NCBI GenBank assembly: GCA_964461205.1
Contig: CAYWUL010000002.1
Span: 17,779 to 81,778, forward strand
DNA length: 64,000 bases
DNA from: an uncultured archaeon
GTDB lineage: Archaea > Iainarchaeota > Iainarchaeia > Iainarchaeales > JAAZKV01
Reading direction: 5' to 3'
The position numbers were made by a program, and so were the translations under genes. The notes beneath the pieces were generated by a model. That model worked only from the letters and a program-made list of their open reading frames with translations, searched no databases and had not been told where the DNA came from. Below are positions 48,933 to 59,165 of the stretch, piece by piece (within the stretch, counting starts at the first letter, position 1; each line of letters opens with the position of its first letter).

Positions 48933-51900
48933 AATTGAAATAAAAGCGACACCTATTATAAAAAAATATTTAGAAAATATTCAAAAAGAAGCCTTGGCAC
49001 AATATGAATTAGCAAGAAGAGTAAAAGCCAAGGGTTTTGATACGAGTGATAAAGTAGAAATGACTCCTGCAGTGGATTTGGCAGATCGTGCTGAAACACT
49101 TATTAATTTGCCAGGACTTGCTAGAAGATATCGTGAAGTTCTTCCTGAATGTAACGGAGACAGAATGACAACTTATTTTGTTTTATTTAAAGAAATAATT
49201 GAACAAAAATGGTGTTCAATTCCAGAAGATCAAAAAAGACTTGAGATTGCAATCAAAGCATGTTTGTTAATTGAAACAGAAGGAGTAGTTGTTGCTCCAC
49301 TTGATGGTCTACCAAGGGTTGAAATAAACAAAAATCCTGACGGATCAAAATATGTGGATATTTATTTTGCAGGGCCTATAAGAGCAGCAGGAGGATCATC
49401 AACAGTTATTCCTCTTATTCTTGGAGATTATGGTAGGACATTACTTGGTCTTGATAAATACAAACCAACTAAGGATGAAGTAGAAAGATATGTTGAAGAA
49501 ATCGAAATTTATCAAACAGAAGTATCTCAAAGACAATACAAAATCCCAGATTATGAAATAAGAATAATTGTTGAAAATTGTCCTGTGTGTGTAAATGGAA
49601 CACCAACAGAAGAAGTTGAAGTTTCAGTGCATCGCGATCTTCCAAGAATACCAACAAATAAAGTTAGGGGCGGAGTTGGGTTAGTTATTTCAGAAGGACT
49701 TGCACTTAAAGCACTTTGGGTAATGGACAAGGCAAAGAAATATGCTAATCTTGATTGGAGTTTTTTAGAACAAATTGTTAAAGTTGAAAAAACACAAACA
49801 ACAATAGAAATAAAACCAAACAAAAAAATACTTGACGGTTTAGCAGCAGGGAGACCAATACTTGCATACCCTAGTCGATATGGTGGATTTAGATTAAGAT
49901 ATGGTAGAGGGAGAAACACGGGAATAATGGCAAAAGCAATTAATCCATCTTCGATGTATATCTTTGATGAATTTATTGCTGTTGGGACACACGGAAAAAT
50001 TGAGAGACCTGGAAAAGCAACACAGTTTTTTCCATGTGATACTATTGATGGGCCAATTGTCTTGTTAAAAGATGGTTCTGTTGTGAAAATAAGTTCTGTA
50101 GAAAAAGCCCAAGAAATATTGCCTATGCTAAAAAAGATTTTATTTATTGGGGATTTGCTTGTAACCTATGGGGATTTTAGAAAAAGTGCGCATCCATTAG
50201 TTCCCGCAGGGTATGTTGAAGAATGGTGGAGACTTGAATTAAAAAAAGCAATCAAAACAAAAGACAACAAAGACAAAACAAGCAAGATTGATCCTCAAAA
50301 ATTTATTAAGGATCCACTTGAAATAAATGAAGAAGAAGCATTATTAATTTCAAAAGAATTTGGTGTCCCACTGCACCCAAGGTTTATTCATTATTATACT
50401 GCGTTAAAGAAAGAAGACCTTGGTCTTCTACATAATAGTTTGTTGTCTGCAAAAGAAAAAGAAGGGTGGTTATTTTTAGAAAATAAAGAAGAAATAAAAG
50501 AATTATTAGAAGATATTGGTTTGCCTCATGAAATAAACAATGGTGAAATAGTAATTAGTGATTTTGCAAAGACTATTTCGGCAACATTTTCATTAAAAGA
50601 AAAGAAAAAAAGCAAGAAAGAAAATGTGTTAGAATATTTATCTGAGATATCGGGACTTAAAATAAGAGACAAAGCAGGTTCATTTATTGGCGCAAGAATG
50701 GGTCGACCTGAACAAGCAAAAAGAAGACAAATGAAAGGAAATCCACACATTTTATTTCCAATTGGTTTGAAAGGCGGAAATATTCGAAGTATCAATAAAG
50801 CAATTGATATGCAAAACAATGAATCTGGAAAAGTCGAAGTTGAAATTGCCCAATATTTTGATCCTCAAACAAAATCAAAAACATTCTATCCTTATAACAA
50901 AAAAACAAACACAAGAAATGTTTTGTTAAAATATTGCAGAAACTGTAACGCGAGTTTTGCTGGGGAAAAATGTACTAAGTGTGGAAACGATTTAGTTCCT
51001 TCAGGAAAACACGATGTGAACTTGAGAGAAATGGTGGAAAATGTTAGAGAAGGTTTGAGAGTATCAATTCCTGATTTAATAAAAGGAGTTCAAGGAATGA
51101 TTTCGGATTCAAAAGAAGTTGAACCAATTGAAAAAGGAGTACTGCGGGCAAGACACAAGGTTCACATTTTTCGTGACGGAACATCGAGATTTGAATTATT
51201 AAACGCCACAATAACTCATTTTAAACCAAGAGAAATCAATTTGAGTGTTGAAAAAATAATCGAACTAGGTTATGAAAAAGATTATTTAGGAAAAGAAATA
51301 ACTGATCCTGAACAATTAATCGAAATATTTCCGCAAGACATAATTGTTAATGAATCGTGCGGGGATTGGATGCTTGAAGTAAGTCAATTTATTGATGAAG
51401 AATTAAACTTGTTTTTCAAAGAAAAACCATTCTATAATGCAAGAACAAAAGAAGATTTAATTGGAACATTATTACTTGGTTTGGCTCCGCACACTTCAGC
51501 AGCAGTAACTTCAAGAGTAATCGGGTATACAAAAGCACGTCTTGGTTTTGGTCATCCTTTTTGGGTTTGTGCAAAGAGAAGAAATGTTGATGGTGATCAA
51601 GATTCAGTAATGTTGCTTATGGATGGATTATTGAATTTTTCACAAAAATACTTGGCAAATAGAAACGGTGGAAAAATGGACGCGGCAATTGTATTTACAA
51701 CGATAATTAATCCAAGCGAAGTTGATAATGAAGTATACCAAATGGAAACATGTTTTGAATACCCTTTAGAATTTTATGAAACTACTTTAGTAGTAAAAGA
51801 GCCCTTCCTTAACATAATTGAAATTGTTAATAATAAATTAGACAAGGAAGGACAATATTCAGACGTTGGGTTTACACATAATACAAAAACTTTTGATGAG

Positions 51901-52335
51901 GGCCCAAAAACTTCACAATATATTCAACTAAAAACAATGGAAGACAAAATACAAAGACAAAATATTTTACAAAAAAGAATCAAAGCAGTGGATGCGAAAG
52001 ATTGTTTAGAAAGAGTAATGAGTTCTCACTTTTTACCAGACATTATTGGTAACGCAAGAGCATTTTCAAGACAAACATTTAGATGCACAAGTTGTAATGA
52101 AAAATATAGAAGAATTCCATTAAGTGGTAGATGTTATAAATGCGGAAAAGAATCGATAATATTGACTATTCATCAAGGGTCGGTAAAAAAATATTTAAAA
52201 ATTGCTCAAAACATGGCAAAGCAAGAACATTTGTCAGATTATTTAATACAACGACTTGACATGATAGAAAAAGAAATTGATTCTGTATTCAAGAATGATC
52301 GAGTTGAACAAAAAGGATTATTTGACTTTGTTTAA
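48922..52335 (+). CDS. polC: DNA polymerase D large subunit DP2 (no intein)
   Basis: FAGPIRAAGG, GGFRLRYGR, GARMGRPE, KRRNVDGDQD, two Zn-finger regions. Confidence 0.97.
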   Translation: MQNKIEIKATPIIKKYLENIQKEALAQYELARRVKAKGFDTSDKVEMTPAVDLADRAETLINLPGLARRYREVLPECNGDRMTTYFVLFKEIIEQKWCSIPEDQKRLEIAIKACLLIETEGVVVAPLDGLPRVEINKNPDGSKYVDIYFAGPIRAAGGSSTVIPLILGDYGRTLLGLDKYKPTKDEVERYVEEIEIYQTEVSQRQYKIPDYEIRIIVENCPVCVNGTPTEEVEVSVHRDLPRIPTNKVRGGVGLVISEGLALKALWVMDKAKKYANLDWSFLEQIVKVEKTQTTIEIKPNKKILDGLAAGRPILAYPSRYGGFRLRYGRGRNTGIMAKAINPSSMYIFDEFIAVGTHGKIERPGKATQFFPCDTIDGPIVLLKDGSVVKISSVEKAQEILPMLKKILFIGDLLVTYGDFRKSAHPLVPAGYVEEWWRLELKKAIKTKDNKDKTSKIDPQKFIKDPLEINEEEALLISKEFGVPLHPRFIHYYTALKKEDLGLLHNSLLSAKEKEGWLFLENKEEIKELLEDIGLPHEINNGEIVISDFAKTISATFSLKEKKKSKKENVLEYLSEISGLKIRDKAGSFIGARMGRPEQAKRRQMKGNPHILFPIGLKGGNIRSINKAIDMQNNESGKVEVEIAQYFDPQTKSKTFYPYNKKTNTRNVLLKYCRNCNASFAGEKCTKCGNDLVPSGKHDVNLREMVENVREGLRVSIPDLIKGVQGMISDSKEVEPIEKGVLRARHKVHIFRDGTSRFELLNATITHFKPREINLSVEKIIELGYEKDYLGKEITDPEQLIEIFPQDIIVNESCGDWMLEVSQFIDEELNLFFKEKPFYNARTKEDLIGTLLLGLAPHTSAAVTSRVIGYTKARLGFGHPFWVCAKRRNVDGDQDSVMLLMDGLLNFSQKYLANRNGGKMDAAIVFTTIINPSEVDNEVYQMETCFEYPLEFYETTLVVKEPFLNIIEIVNNKLDKEGQYSDVGFTHNTKTFDEGPKTSQYIQLKTMEDKIQRQNILQKRIKAVDAKDCLERVMSSHFLPDIIGNARAFSRQTFRCTSCNEKYRRIPLSGRCYKCGKESIILTIHQGSVKKYLKIAQNMAKQEHLSDYLIQRLDMIEKEIDSVFKNDRVEQKGLFDFV

Positions 52336-52390
52336 CACACTTTATTTGATTAATTAAAGAAGGCTTTGGATTTATTAAGGAACACTTTGT

Positions 52391-53611
52391 TTAGAGTGTT
52401 TTAAATAATTCTTTTTCAAGTGCGCTCTTTATTTTTGCTGCGTCAAAACCAAGTTTGATTAATCTAGTTTGTCCCTTGATTCCTTTTCCAGAATTAGTTA
52501 CCAAGATTAAACCATACATTTCTAACTCATTAATATATTGTCGATACCATCTGCTTGTAATTGTTCTTGTATCAAATTGTTTTGCTAATTGTAAATAAGT
52601 TTCAAATATTTCTCCAGAAAACATTACTCCTTTTTCTTCTTCTCCGTTAATTTTTGTAAATCTTGGTTCGTGCATTGATAATTGTGCTATTGCATACAGG
52701 ACTAATTGTTGTTGTTGGGGTAGAGTAGAAATCATCGATATAATAATTTCTTCTTCAACACTAACCTTTGCTTTCTCTACAAGAGAATCATCAACAATAT
52801 TCAATTTTTCAAAATCTGCTATCTCTCCTGCTCTTTGTAATAACATTACTGCTGTTCTTGCATCCCCGCTTTCTTGCGCTGCTAATGCTGCTGCTAAAGA
52901 AATCGCAGGCTCGGTGACAGAATTTTCTTTGAATGCTTTTTTGCTTCTATCAAAAAGAATTTTTTTTAATTCGGTTGCATTGTATGGGTCAAAAACCATT
53001 TCTCTTTCACATAAAGAACTCTTTGTTCTTGGATCTAATTTTTCTTTGAAAGTTAGATTGTTTGATATGCCTATTACTGTTAGACTCCCCCCTTCAATTT
53101 CATCATTTCCTCTTGACAAAGAATACATTAATTCATCAACATCTTTTACTTTGTCAATCTCATCCAATATAAGAATCAAGTGTGCTTTGTTTTCATTAGA
53201 AAAAGATAATATTTTTTCATAAACAAAAGAAGAACTATATCCTAGAAAATCTTTTCCTGGAAAAAAGTTTCTTAATGATTTTAATAATACCTTATATTTT
53301 GACGGGTGGCTTCTACAATTAACATAACAAGAAAAAACATTGTTTTCGTGCTTGTCAACAAAACTATTTAACTGTTCAATTACATGTTTTACTGTCGAAG
53401 TTTTTCCTGTTCCGGTTTTTCCATAAATAAAAAGATTGTTTGGTTTAGAATTGTTCAAAACTGGGCTTAACCCTTGTGTTATTTCTTCGATTTGGGTTTC
53501 TCTAAAAGGCAATGTTTTTGGAACATAATGTGGGGAGATGATATCTTTGTCTAAAAAAACAGTATTTCTCGTTAATTGCCTTTCAAAAATATTCTCTCTA
53601 ACAGTTTCCAT
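52391..53611 (-). CDS. cdc6: Orc1/Cdc6 replication initiator
   Basis: GKTGTGKT, LDEID, LDPRTKSSL, PYNA, GDAR, C-terminal wHTH. Confidence 0.95.
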   Translation of the reverse strand: METVRENIFERQLTRNTVFLDKDIISPHYVPKTLPFRETQIEEITQGLSPVLNNSKPNNLFIYGKTGTGKTSTVKHVIEQLNSFVDKHENNVFSCYVNCRSHPSKYKVLLKSLRNFFPGKDFLGYSSSFVYEKILSFSNENKAHLILILDEIDKVKDVDELMYSLSRGNDEIEGGSLTVIGISNNLTFKEKLDPRTKSSLCEREMVFDPYNATELKKILFDRSKKAFKENSVTEPAISLAAALAAQESGDARTAVMLLQRAGEIADFEKLNIVDDSLVEKAKVSVEEEIIISMISTLPQQQQLVLYAIAQLSMHEPRFTKINGEEEKGVMFSGEIFETYLQLAKQFDTRTITSRWYRQYINELEMYGLILVTNSGKGIKGQTRLIKLGFDAAKIKSALEKELFKTL

Positions 53612-53809
53612 TCCCAACACCCCTTTCGGAACCCAGCCTTCCGGTAATTTAATTCCACTAATAGTATTCTGTTAGAAAATTAATACTTTTCCAGTTCGAA
53701 AAGCAAACTTAGCATTATTTTTTGCCGATTTTTGGCAATTTTAACAGATGGGTTTATATATTTTTTATAGGAAGAATATTTTAATAATGTTTTACGCAGA
53801 GGTGGTATT

Positions 53810-54166
53810 TTGAGTTTTTTTAATAAAGTAATGGCAAAAGAAGAAGAAGTAGATTTAGAGTCTTTTTTGAATAATCTTGATGATGTTGAAGAAGAGACCT
53901 ATGATGATGCAGATGCTTTCGTGAAACCAATGGACTTGGTTGTTGATGCGGATGTTGCAGCTATAATGAACGAAGCAAAAAATGGTAATATTGTATTAGT
54001 TAATATTACTGATCTTGCAAAAAGGAATGCTTTGAAGTTAAAGGACTTAATTGGTGTTGTAAAACAAGAAGTAAAAGCTATTGATGGAGATATAGCTCGA
54101 ATTTCTCAAGGAAGAGTACTAGTTACTCCTTCAAAAGTTAAAATAATTAAGAGAAAAGGACAGTGA
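53810..54166 (+). CDS. sepF: Cell division protein SepF
   Basis: GAGGTGG SD with TTG start; GNIVLVNI, IDGDIARI, VLVTP. Confidence 0.88.
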   Translation: MSFFNKVMAKEEEVDLESFLNNLDDVEEETYDDADAFVKPMDLVVDADVAAIMNEAKNGNIVLVNITDLAKRNALKLKDLIGVVKQEVKAIDGDIARISQGRVLVTPSKVKIIKRKGQ

Positions 54167-54170
54167 TCAA

Positions 54171-54959
54171 ATGTTTTTAGGCAATCCTTCATTGCCTGTC
54201 AACATGCCTGTTAATGAAGCTCTTGAAGAAACCCAAAAAATTCTAAAAGAAAAGAATTGGCTCAATTTTGAGCTTGGTTCCTTAAAATTAGTTCTAATGC
54301 CTTTTTTTTATTTTAATTACCACTATTATAGAGAAAAAGAAAATAATGGTGAAAAGGTAATTGAAAGTTCTGTTGATGGTTTTTTGGCATTAAATGGAAG
54401 CGAATTAAGAATTAATGAAGATATAACTGATTTAATAAAAAATAATTTGAAAACAATAACAAACACTGCTCCGGAAATAGAGTTTGAAGAAAAAGAAACC
54501 TCTGTTGAAAAAAGAGAACAGGATGAAGTACTAAAATTTAAAACGGCTGAATTTTTTCAAATTCCCAAAGATAATGTGGTTATTTCTAGTGCAAGAAAAT
54601 TGTTTGTTCCTTTTTATGAAACATTTATTACTATTGAAAAAAATACTTTTGAAATAAAAATAAATGCGGTAACTAAAGAAATTATTGGAATAGAAGAAGT
54701 GCCTGAAAGAGAAAAAGGATTTTTAGAAATAACAAAAGAAACAATTGAAGATTTATCTAGGCCAGAAGGGTGGATAAGATATTCTAAAGAATTATTGGTT
54801 GGGGGAAGTAAAAAAATTCCCAAGGTTGTTTCTTCAAAAAGTTCACAAGAAAAGAAAAAAAGCTTTTCAATGGATTTATCTTTTTTTTCTACAAAATGGT
54901 TTCTAGCGATAATAATTATTCTTGCGTTATTCCTAATTTTTTTAGCACTTTTTTATTAA
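54171..54959 (+). CDS. Hypothetical protein with C-terminal TM anchor
   Basis: Starts 4 nt after the sepF stop; ends WFLAIIIILALFLIFLALFY; two similar segments LVLMPFF / KLFVPFY. Confidence 0.7.
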   Translation: MFLGNPSLPVNMPVNEALEETQKILKEKNWLNFELGSLKLVLMPFFYFNYHYYREKENNGEKVIESSVDGFLALNGSELRINEDITDLIKNNLKTITNTAPEIEFEEKETSVEKREQDEVLKFKTAEFFQIPKDNVVISSARKLFVPFYETFITIEKNTFEIKINAVTKEIIGIEEVPEREKGFLEITKETIEDLSRPEGWIRYSKELLVGGSKKIPKVVSSKSSQEKKKSFSMDLSFFSTKWFLAIIIILALFLIFLALFY

Positions 54960-55032
54960 TAAATAAGTTGTTTCTTAGTAAGATTTAATTAAGTTTTTTT
55001 GTCCTGTGTGATAGTATGGTTTTTACTATTAT

Positions 55033-57522
55033 TTAGTTAATTTCTCTGCCTGAACAAATAGTTGCATCGGTAATACTTTGTTTTTTAGTGTTTAATTCTT
55101 TTAAAATGTTATTTTCGTTCCAAAAAAGAATCCATTTTGATGTTAGTCCTTGTGTTAATTGGCTAACACAAACATCTCCGACTTCAATTCTGTCAAATAA
55201 TTCTTGCATACTATTTACAACGAAATGACTATCTTCTGAATCAATAGATAGCACACATGGAGTTGTTGGTGTACCAACACAATTTCCATTAGGGGAATAA
55301 ATGCCTAGGTTGTTTCCTCTTATTGTGATTTCTTCACTGGCTGTTTGTAATTCTTTTGGTAGGTACAAAGTAGTGTGTAAATATTCTATTCCGCTTTCTT
55401 TTATTGTATTATATTTATCTAACTCAATATTTTGTTGTGTGTTTGTTGGAACAAAGTTTATTACTGAATCGGGTTCGTTATATGCTAATGTAGTATCGGG
55501 GTTTAGGGAAATGTCTTCGCAACCTCCCCCGTTATTTGAAGCAAAACCTGTCCAATAAGTAAAGATTTCTTCAGTAAGCGAACTAAGTGCAGTATCGGTA
55601 CTAATACTAAATTTGTTCGAAATATTTCCATCATTATCTTTTATTTTAATATACATTGGGTAGGCAAAAGTTTTATACAAATTTACTTTACTAATATCGA
55701 CGTTCCCCACAGTGTGCAAGAAGTCCATTACTGTTCCTCTTTCAGTAACATTCGAAAAATTAATACTTGGTATAGTCGCATTAACTTCGTCTGGGAATAA
55801 TTCGTCTACTCCTTCTTCATAAAAGAACCAATTAAAACTTGGACTGTTCTTGAAAACAAAATTTACTTCGATGTTTAGTTTTGGATTTAAATTTTCTCCG
55901 TCAAACAAGTTTGACACTCCGCCAGGGGCTTTATTTAAGTCAATTGTAATATCGTATGCTCCTTGTTGTAGATGAGGATTAGCCATTGTTCCACCATTAT
56001 TCAAAAACTTTACTCCTGTGTTAGAAAACAATTTCTTCATTCTTGCTATGTTTGTTGCTTTTACTGGTCCGCCAAAACTCACGGGGGCTGTGTATCCTTC
56101 TAATCCCCAATCTACTCCTGGTTCAAATGTTTCGCTCATACCATTTAACAAGGTCTGCATTGCACTTTCATTAAGATTTAGGCCACGCACATTTGCTTGG
56201 AAAGAAGTGTATTTATTTAATTCAGCATAAAGATTTGCTAAAGTAGTTGGGTTTGCTGTTCCTTGTAACTCATTATCAATATTGTTTTTGATTCTAACAA
56301 TTTCAGCAATCTTTCTTGCTAATTCAAATAAGAATTCTCTTTCTGTACAATAAACCCAATTTTTATCATTTCCATTAATATCGAAAGTATCACACTCGTC
56401 TACTGCAATAGCATAACCCCTATCATCTAATTCCCCACCAAAACCAATATTTATTTTTGGGGCAACTGCTGAACCCGTGTGGCCAACTAAACCATTTGCA
56501 CTAACACAACTAAACAAATCGTAATCTGAAATTGTTTGTACTTGGAATGCTTGTTGGTCCATCAAACCAAGATCAATTATTGTTGGATATGAATGAGTTG
56601 ATTGTGTTCCTGAATAACCAAGGTCAGGATATGAGCCTAATTCATTAACAGTATAATTAAAGTCTAATTGATAACTAATGTTTTTTGGCAAACCACCTTT
56701 GTCCACTCTTACTTCGCCGGTTATTATTAAAGTATTATTTTGTGGAGTCATTACAAAGCCAATATTACTTGTGTCAACAGAACACGCGGTCGTGTTTTCA
56801 CAATCTATTGCATAATTTTCAACAGTTAGCGCAAATAATGAACTGCTTTTTACAGTGAAAATTACTTCTTCAATATAGGTGCCATTTTCATCAAAAAAAC
56901 CTTTTTTCTCAGAAGGGTTTGCAAAAATTAAAGTCCCTGGTGGATTAGTAAAATAAATATTTCCTGACGCGCTTGCTATCTCTTGAGGATTTTCAGTGAA
57001 TGTGTTTGCAATGGGGTGTTGCATTACCTCTGTTTTGTATGGGTGTCCTGTATTTACAACGAGATCATACCAATCTAGGAAAGAAAGATTTATGTCATTA
57101 CGTGGGCCATAACCAATAGGAGCTCCTTGCGTATAATTTGGGTCTTCGCCTTCACAGTATGCAAATGTAAAACCGTCTCCGTTAGTAATGGCTTCAGAGT
57201 CATTCCAATCAGAAGCATTTGTCCATCTAGTAACATTATCAAAAGTTAGCATAACAAATGGATTTGTGCTGCTTGTCATACCATTGTCACAAGTAAAGTT
57301 GTAGTTCCCAAAATTACTTAGTCGTATTTCTGCTCCGGGCAAACCAATTTTATTATAAGTGACTCCTCCGATTTCTTCATCAAAGTTTATTGCATTTATC
57401 CATTCTTCACGTGGGTTTGAATCAACTGTTAAAAAGAAACAGTGTGCAAATGGATCAACATCAGCAAAGTAAAATGGTTGTATTATTAGTAAGATTGCTA
57501 ATATCAAAAATATTTTTTTCAT
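55033..57522 (-). CDS. Large secreted protein of unknown function
   Basis: Signal peptide MKKIFLILAILL; Asn/Thr-rich with paired Cys. Confidence 0.75.
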   Translation of the reverse strand: MKKIFLILAILLIIQPFYFADVDPFAHCFFLTVDSNPREEWINAINFDEEIGGVTYNKIGLPGAEIRLSNFGNYNFTCDNGMTSSTNPFVMLTFDNVTRWTNASDWNDSEAITNGDGFTFAYCEGEDPNYTQGAPIGYGPRNDINLSFLDWYDLVVNTGHPYKTEVMQHPIANTFTENPQEIASASGNIYFTNPPGTLIFANPSEKKGFFDENGTYIEEVIFTVKSSSLFALTVENYAIDCENTTACSVDTSNIGFVMTPQNNTLIITGEVRVDKGGLPKNISYQLDFNYTVNELGSYPDLGYSGTQSTHSYPTIIDLGLMDQQAFQVQTISDYDLFSCVSANGLVGHTGSAVAPKINIGFGGELDDRGYAIAVDECDTFDINGNDKNWVYCTEREFLFELARKIAEIVRIKNNIDNELQGTANPTTLANLYAELNKYTSFQANVRGLNLNESAMQTLLNGMSETFEPGVDWGLEGYTAPVSFGGPVKATNIARMKKLFSNTGVKFLNNGGTMANPHLQQGAYDITIDLNKAPGGVSNLFDGENLNPKLNIEVNFVFKNSPSFNWFFYEEGVDELFPDEVNATIPSINFSNVTERGTVMDFLHTVGNVDISKVNLYKTFAYPMYIKIKDNDGNISNKFSISTDTALSSLTEEIFTYWTGFASNNGGGCEDISLNPDTTLAYNEPDSVINFVPTNTQQNIELDKYNTIKESGIEYLHTTLYLPKELQTASEEITIRGNNLGIYSPNGNCVGTPTTPCVLSIDSEDSHFVVNSMQELFDRIEVGDVCVSQLTQGLTSKWILFWNENNILKELNTKKQSITDATICSGREIN

Positions 57523-59165
57523 TTTTTCAACTCCCCGATTGCTTTTCCAAAAATAACTATTGCTGCAACAAATATTATTGCGGCTAATATTAAAATTAAA
57601 GGTATTAATTTGAATAAATCATTTGTTTGGTTTACTGCAGGAACACATTCTGTTGTACAACATGCTCCATCAACAGTTTCGTATGGATTAGAATCACAAA
57701 CATATCCTGCTTCACAAACAGTGTGTGGGCATTTTACTAATCCATCATAATTTTCTGATGCATAAATTTCTTCACCCAAATTCAAATATTTTACAATTTG
57801 TCTTTTTGCATCAAAATCATCTACTACCAATGTATAATTGTCTTTTGCCAAGAAATATTTCTTTGTTATTTGATTGTTTCCAGTAATGTCTTCGTTGTAC
57901 AAAACAGAATTTCCTTTTAAAATTCTTAAACGAGAATCTATAATATCCTTATTCAAAATAACTGATAGTTCTTCTTTATCTGTATTGTAACTCCATTCTA
58001 CATCAATAATATTTGGGTTTCTTACTTTGTATTCTTCTTTTAATTCTGTCAGTGGAACTGAAAAGCATTCTTCATCATAAACAACACTGCTTTTTTTTAC
58101 ACGTACACAAATACTTGAAAATTCGTTACTAGTAATATTAAATTCATTAAACAAGATTTCTCCAGTTTCTATTTTTTGGATGCTCTTTGTTTCTTTTTGT
58201 TGCGAAGTGTTGTTATAAACTTCCATTTCTAATTCAAAGTTCTCAAAATTTGGGTTATTGAAATGATCTGGGCTTCCTGCAATAAATACTCCAACAGAAT
58301 AATTGTTTTCTCCTAAACCATCTAAATAAGCTTTTCTTATTTTTGCTGTTCCTCCCTCAATTATTACTCTGCTCTTATAAATCGATTTTGTTTCTTTTCC
58401 ATCAACTAATTTTAAGTTAATTGCATATGCTGAAGGGATTGTTGGAGAATCAACTGAAACATTAACGATTGTTTCTCCTGCGCTAGTTATTGTTGGCACT
58501 TGGAATTCTTTTTCTTCAAGGTTTTCACAAAAAACTGTTGCCCAATCACAAACAGAAACTAATAATTTTAAATTGCTCTTTGTTGAAGACGAATTATTTT
58601 TTATTAATACTTGGCCGGTAATTTTGTCGCCTGCTTTTAATGGATATCCTATTGGTCCAATAACATTATCTCCAAACACAGTTCTTCTTCGATCAATAAA
58701 AATCTCTTCTCTTGAACTATTTCCTTCAACAATAAAATTCTTTGTTTGTGGCCCCCAAAATATTGAACTTGAACCAATAAACTTTGATTTTAAAATCCAA
58801 GAATAAGCATCCAAATGATAATTTCCAGAAGCTAATTTTCCCAGGTCAAAATTAACATATTTTGTTTCTCTAGGCAGAGCATACAAATCAACTATTTGTT
58901 CTTCGCGCACAATATTATCTGCTGCGTCCTGTGAAGGATAACCATATTGTCCAGTTCCAACTTGCAATACTATTCTCTGGCCAACAATAGGATAATACTC
59001 ATCATTAGTTATTACAATTCGTCCAGTTACATTTTCATCAATACTAAAAGATGGCTTGTCAAAATAAATATTTATATATCCGTCCCATATTAAGTCATCA
59101 GGAACATATGCGAAGCAAAACCCACTGAAAAGAACTAACACAAATAATAATATTCCAATTTTCAT
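57519..59165 (-). CDS. Surface protein with Ig-like domains, Cys-rich knot and C-terminal TM
   Basis: Signal peptide; CPHTVCEAGYVC...CCTTEC; TM followed by a basic end; ATGA overlaps. Confidence 0.75.
   Translation of the reverse strand: MKIGILLFVLVLFSGFCFAYVPDDLIWDGYINIYFDKPSFSIDENVTGRIVITNDEYYPIVGQRIVLQVGTGQYGYPSQDAADNIVREEQIVDLYALPRETKYVNFDLGKLASGNYHLDAYSWILKSKFIGSSSIFWGPQTKNFIVEGNSSREEIFIDRRRTVFGDNVIGPIGYPLKAGDKITGQVLIKNNSSSTKSNLKLLVSVCDWATVFCENLEEKEFQVPTITSAGETIVNVSVDSPTIPSAYAINLKLVDGKETKSIYKSRVIIEGGTAKIRKAYLDGLGENNYSVGVFIAGSPDHFNNPNFENFELEMEVYNNTSQQKETKSIQKIETGEILFNEFNITSNEFSSICVRVKKSSVVYDEECFSVPLTELKEEYKVRNPNIIDVEWSYNTDKEELSVILNKDIIDSRLRILKGNSVLYNEDITGNNQITKKYFLAKDNYTLVVDDFDAKRQIVKYLNLGEEIYASENYDGLVKCPHTVCEAGYVCDSNPYETVDGACCTTECVPAVNQTNDLFKLIPLILILAAIIFVAAIVIFGKAIGELKK

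Noticed and set aside
48922..52335. Intein in DP2
   Set aside because: The KRRNVDGDQD region is uninterrupted and the length is normal.
23543..53638. Shared GGCTGGG loop in the porA islet and the hairpin upstream of cdc6 (minus strand)
   Set aside because: Only a 7-nt match with different stems; could easily be chance.
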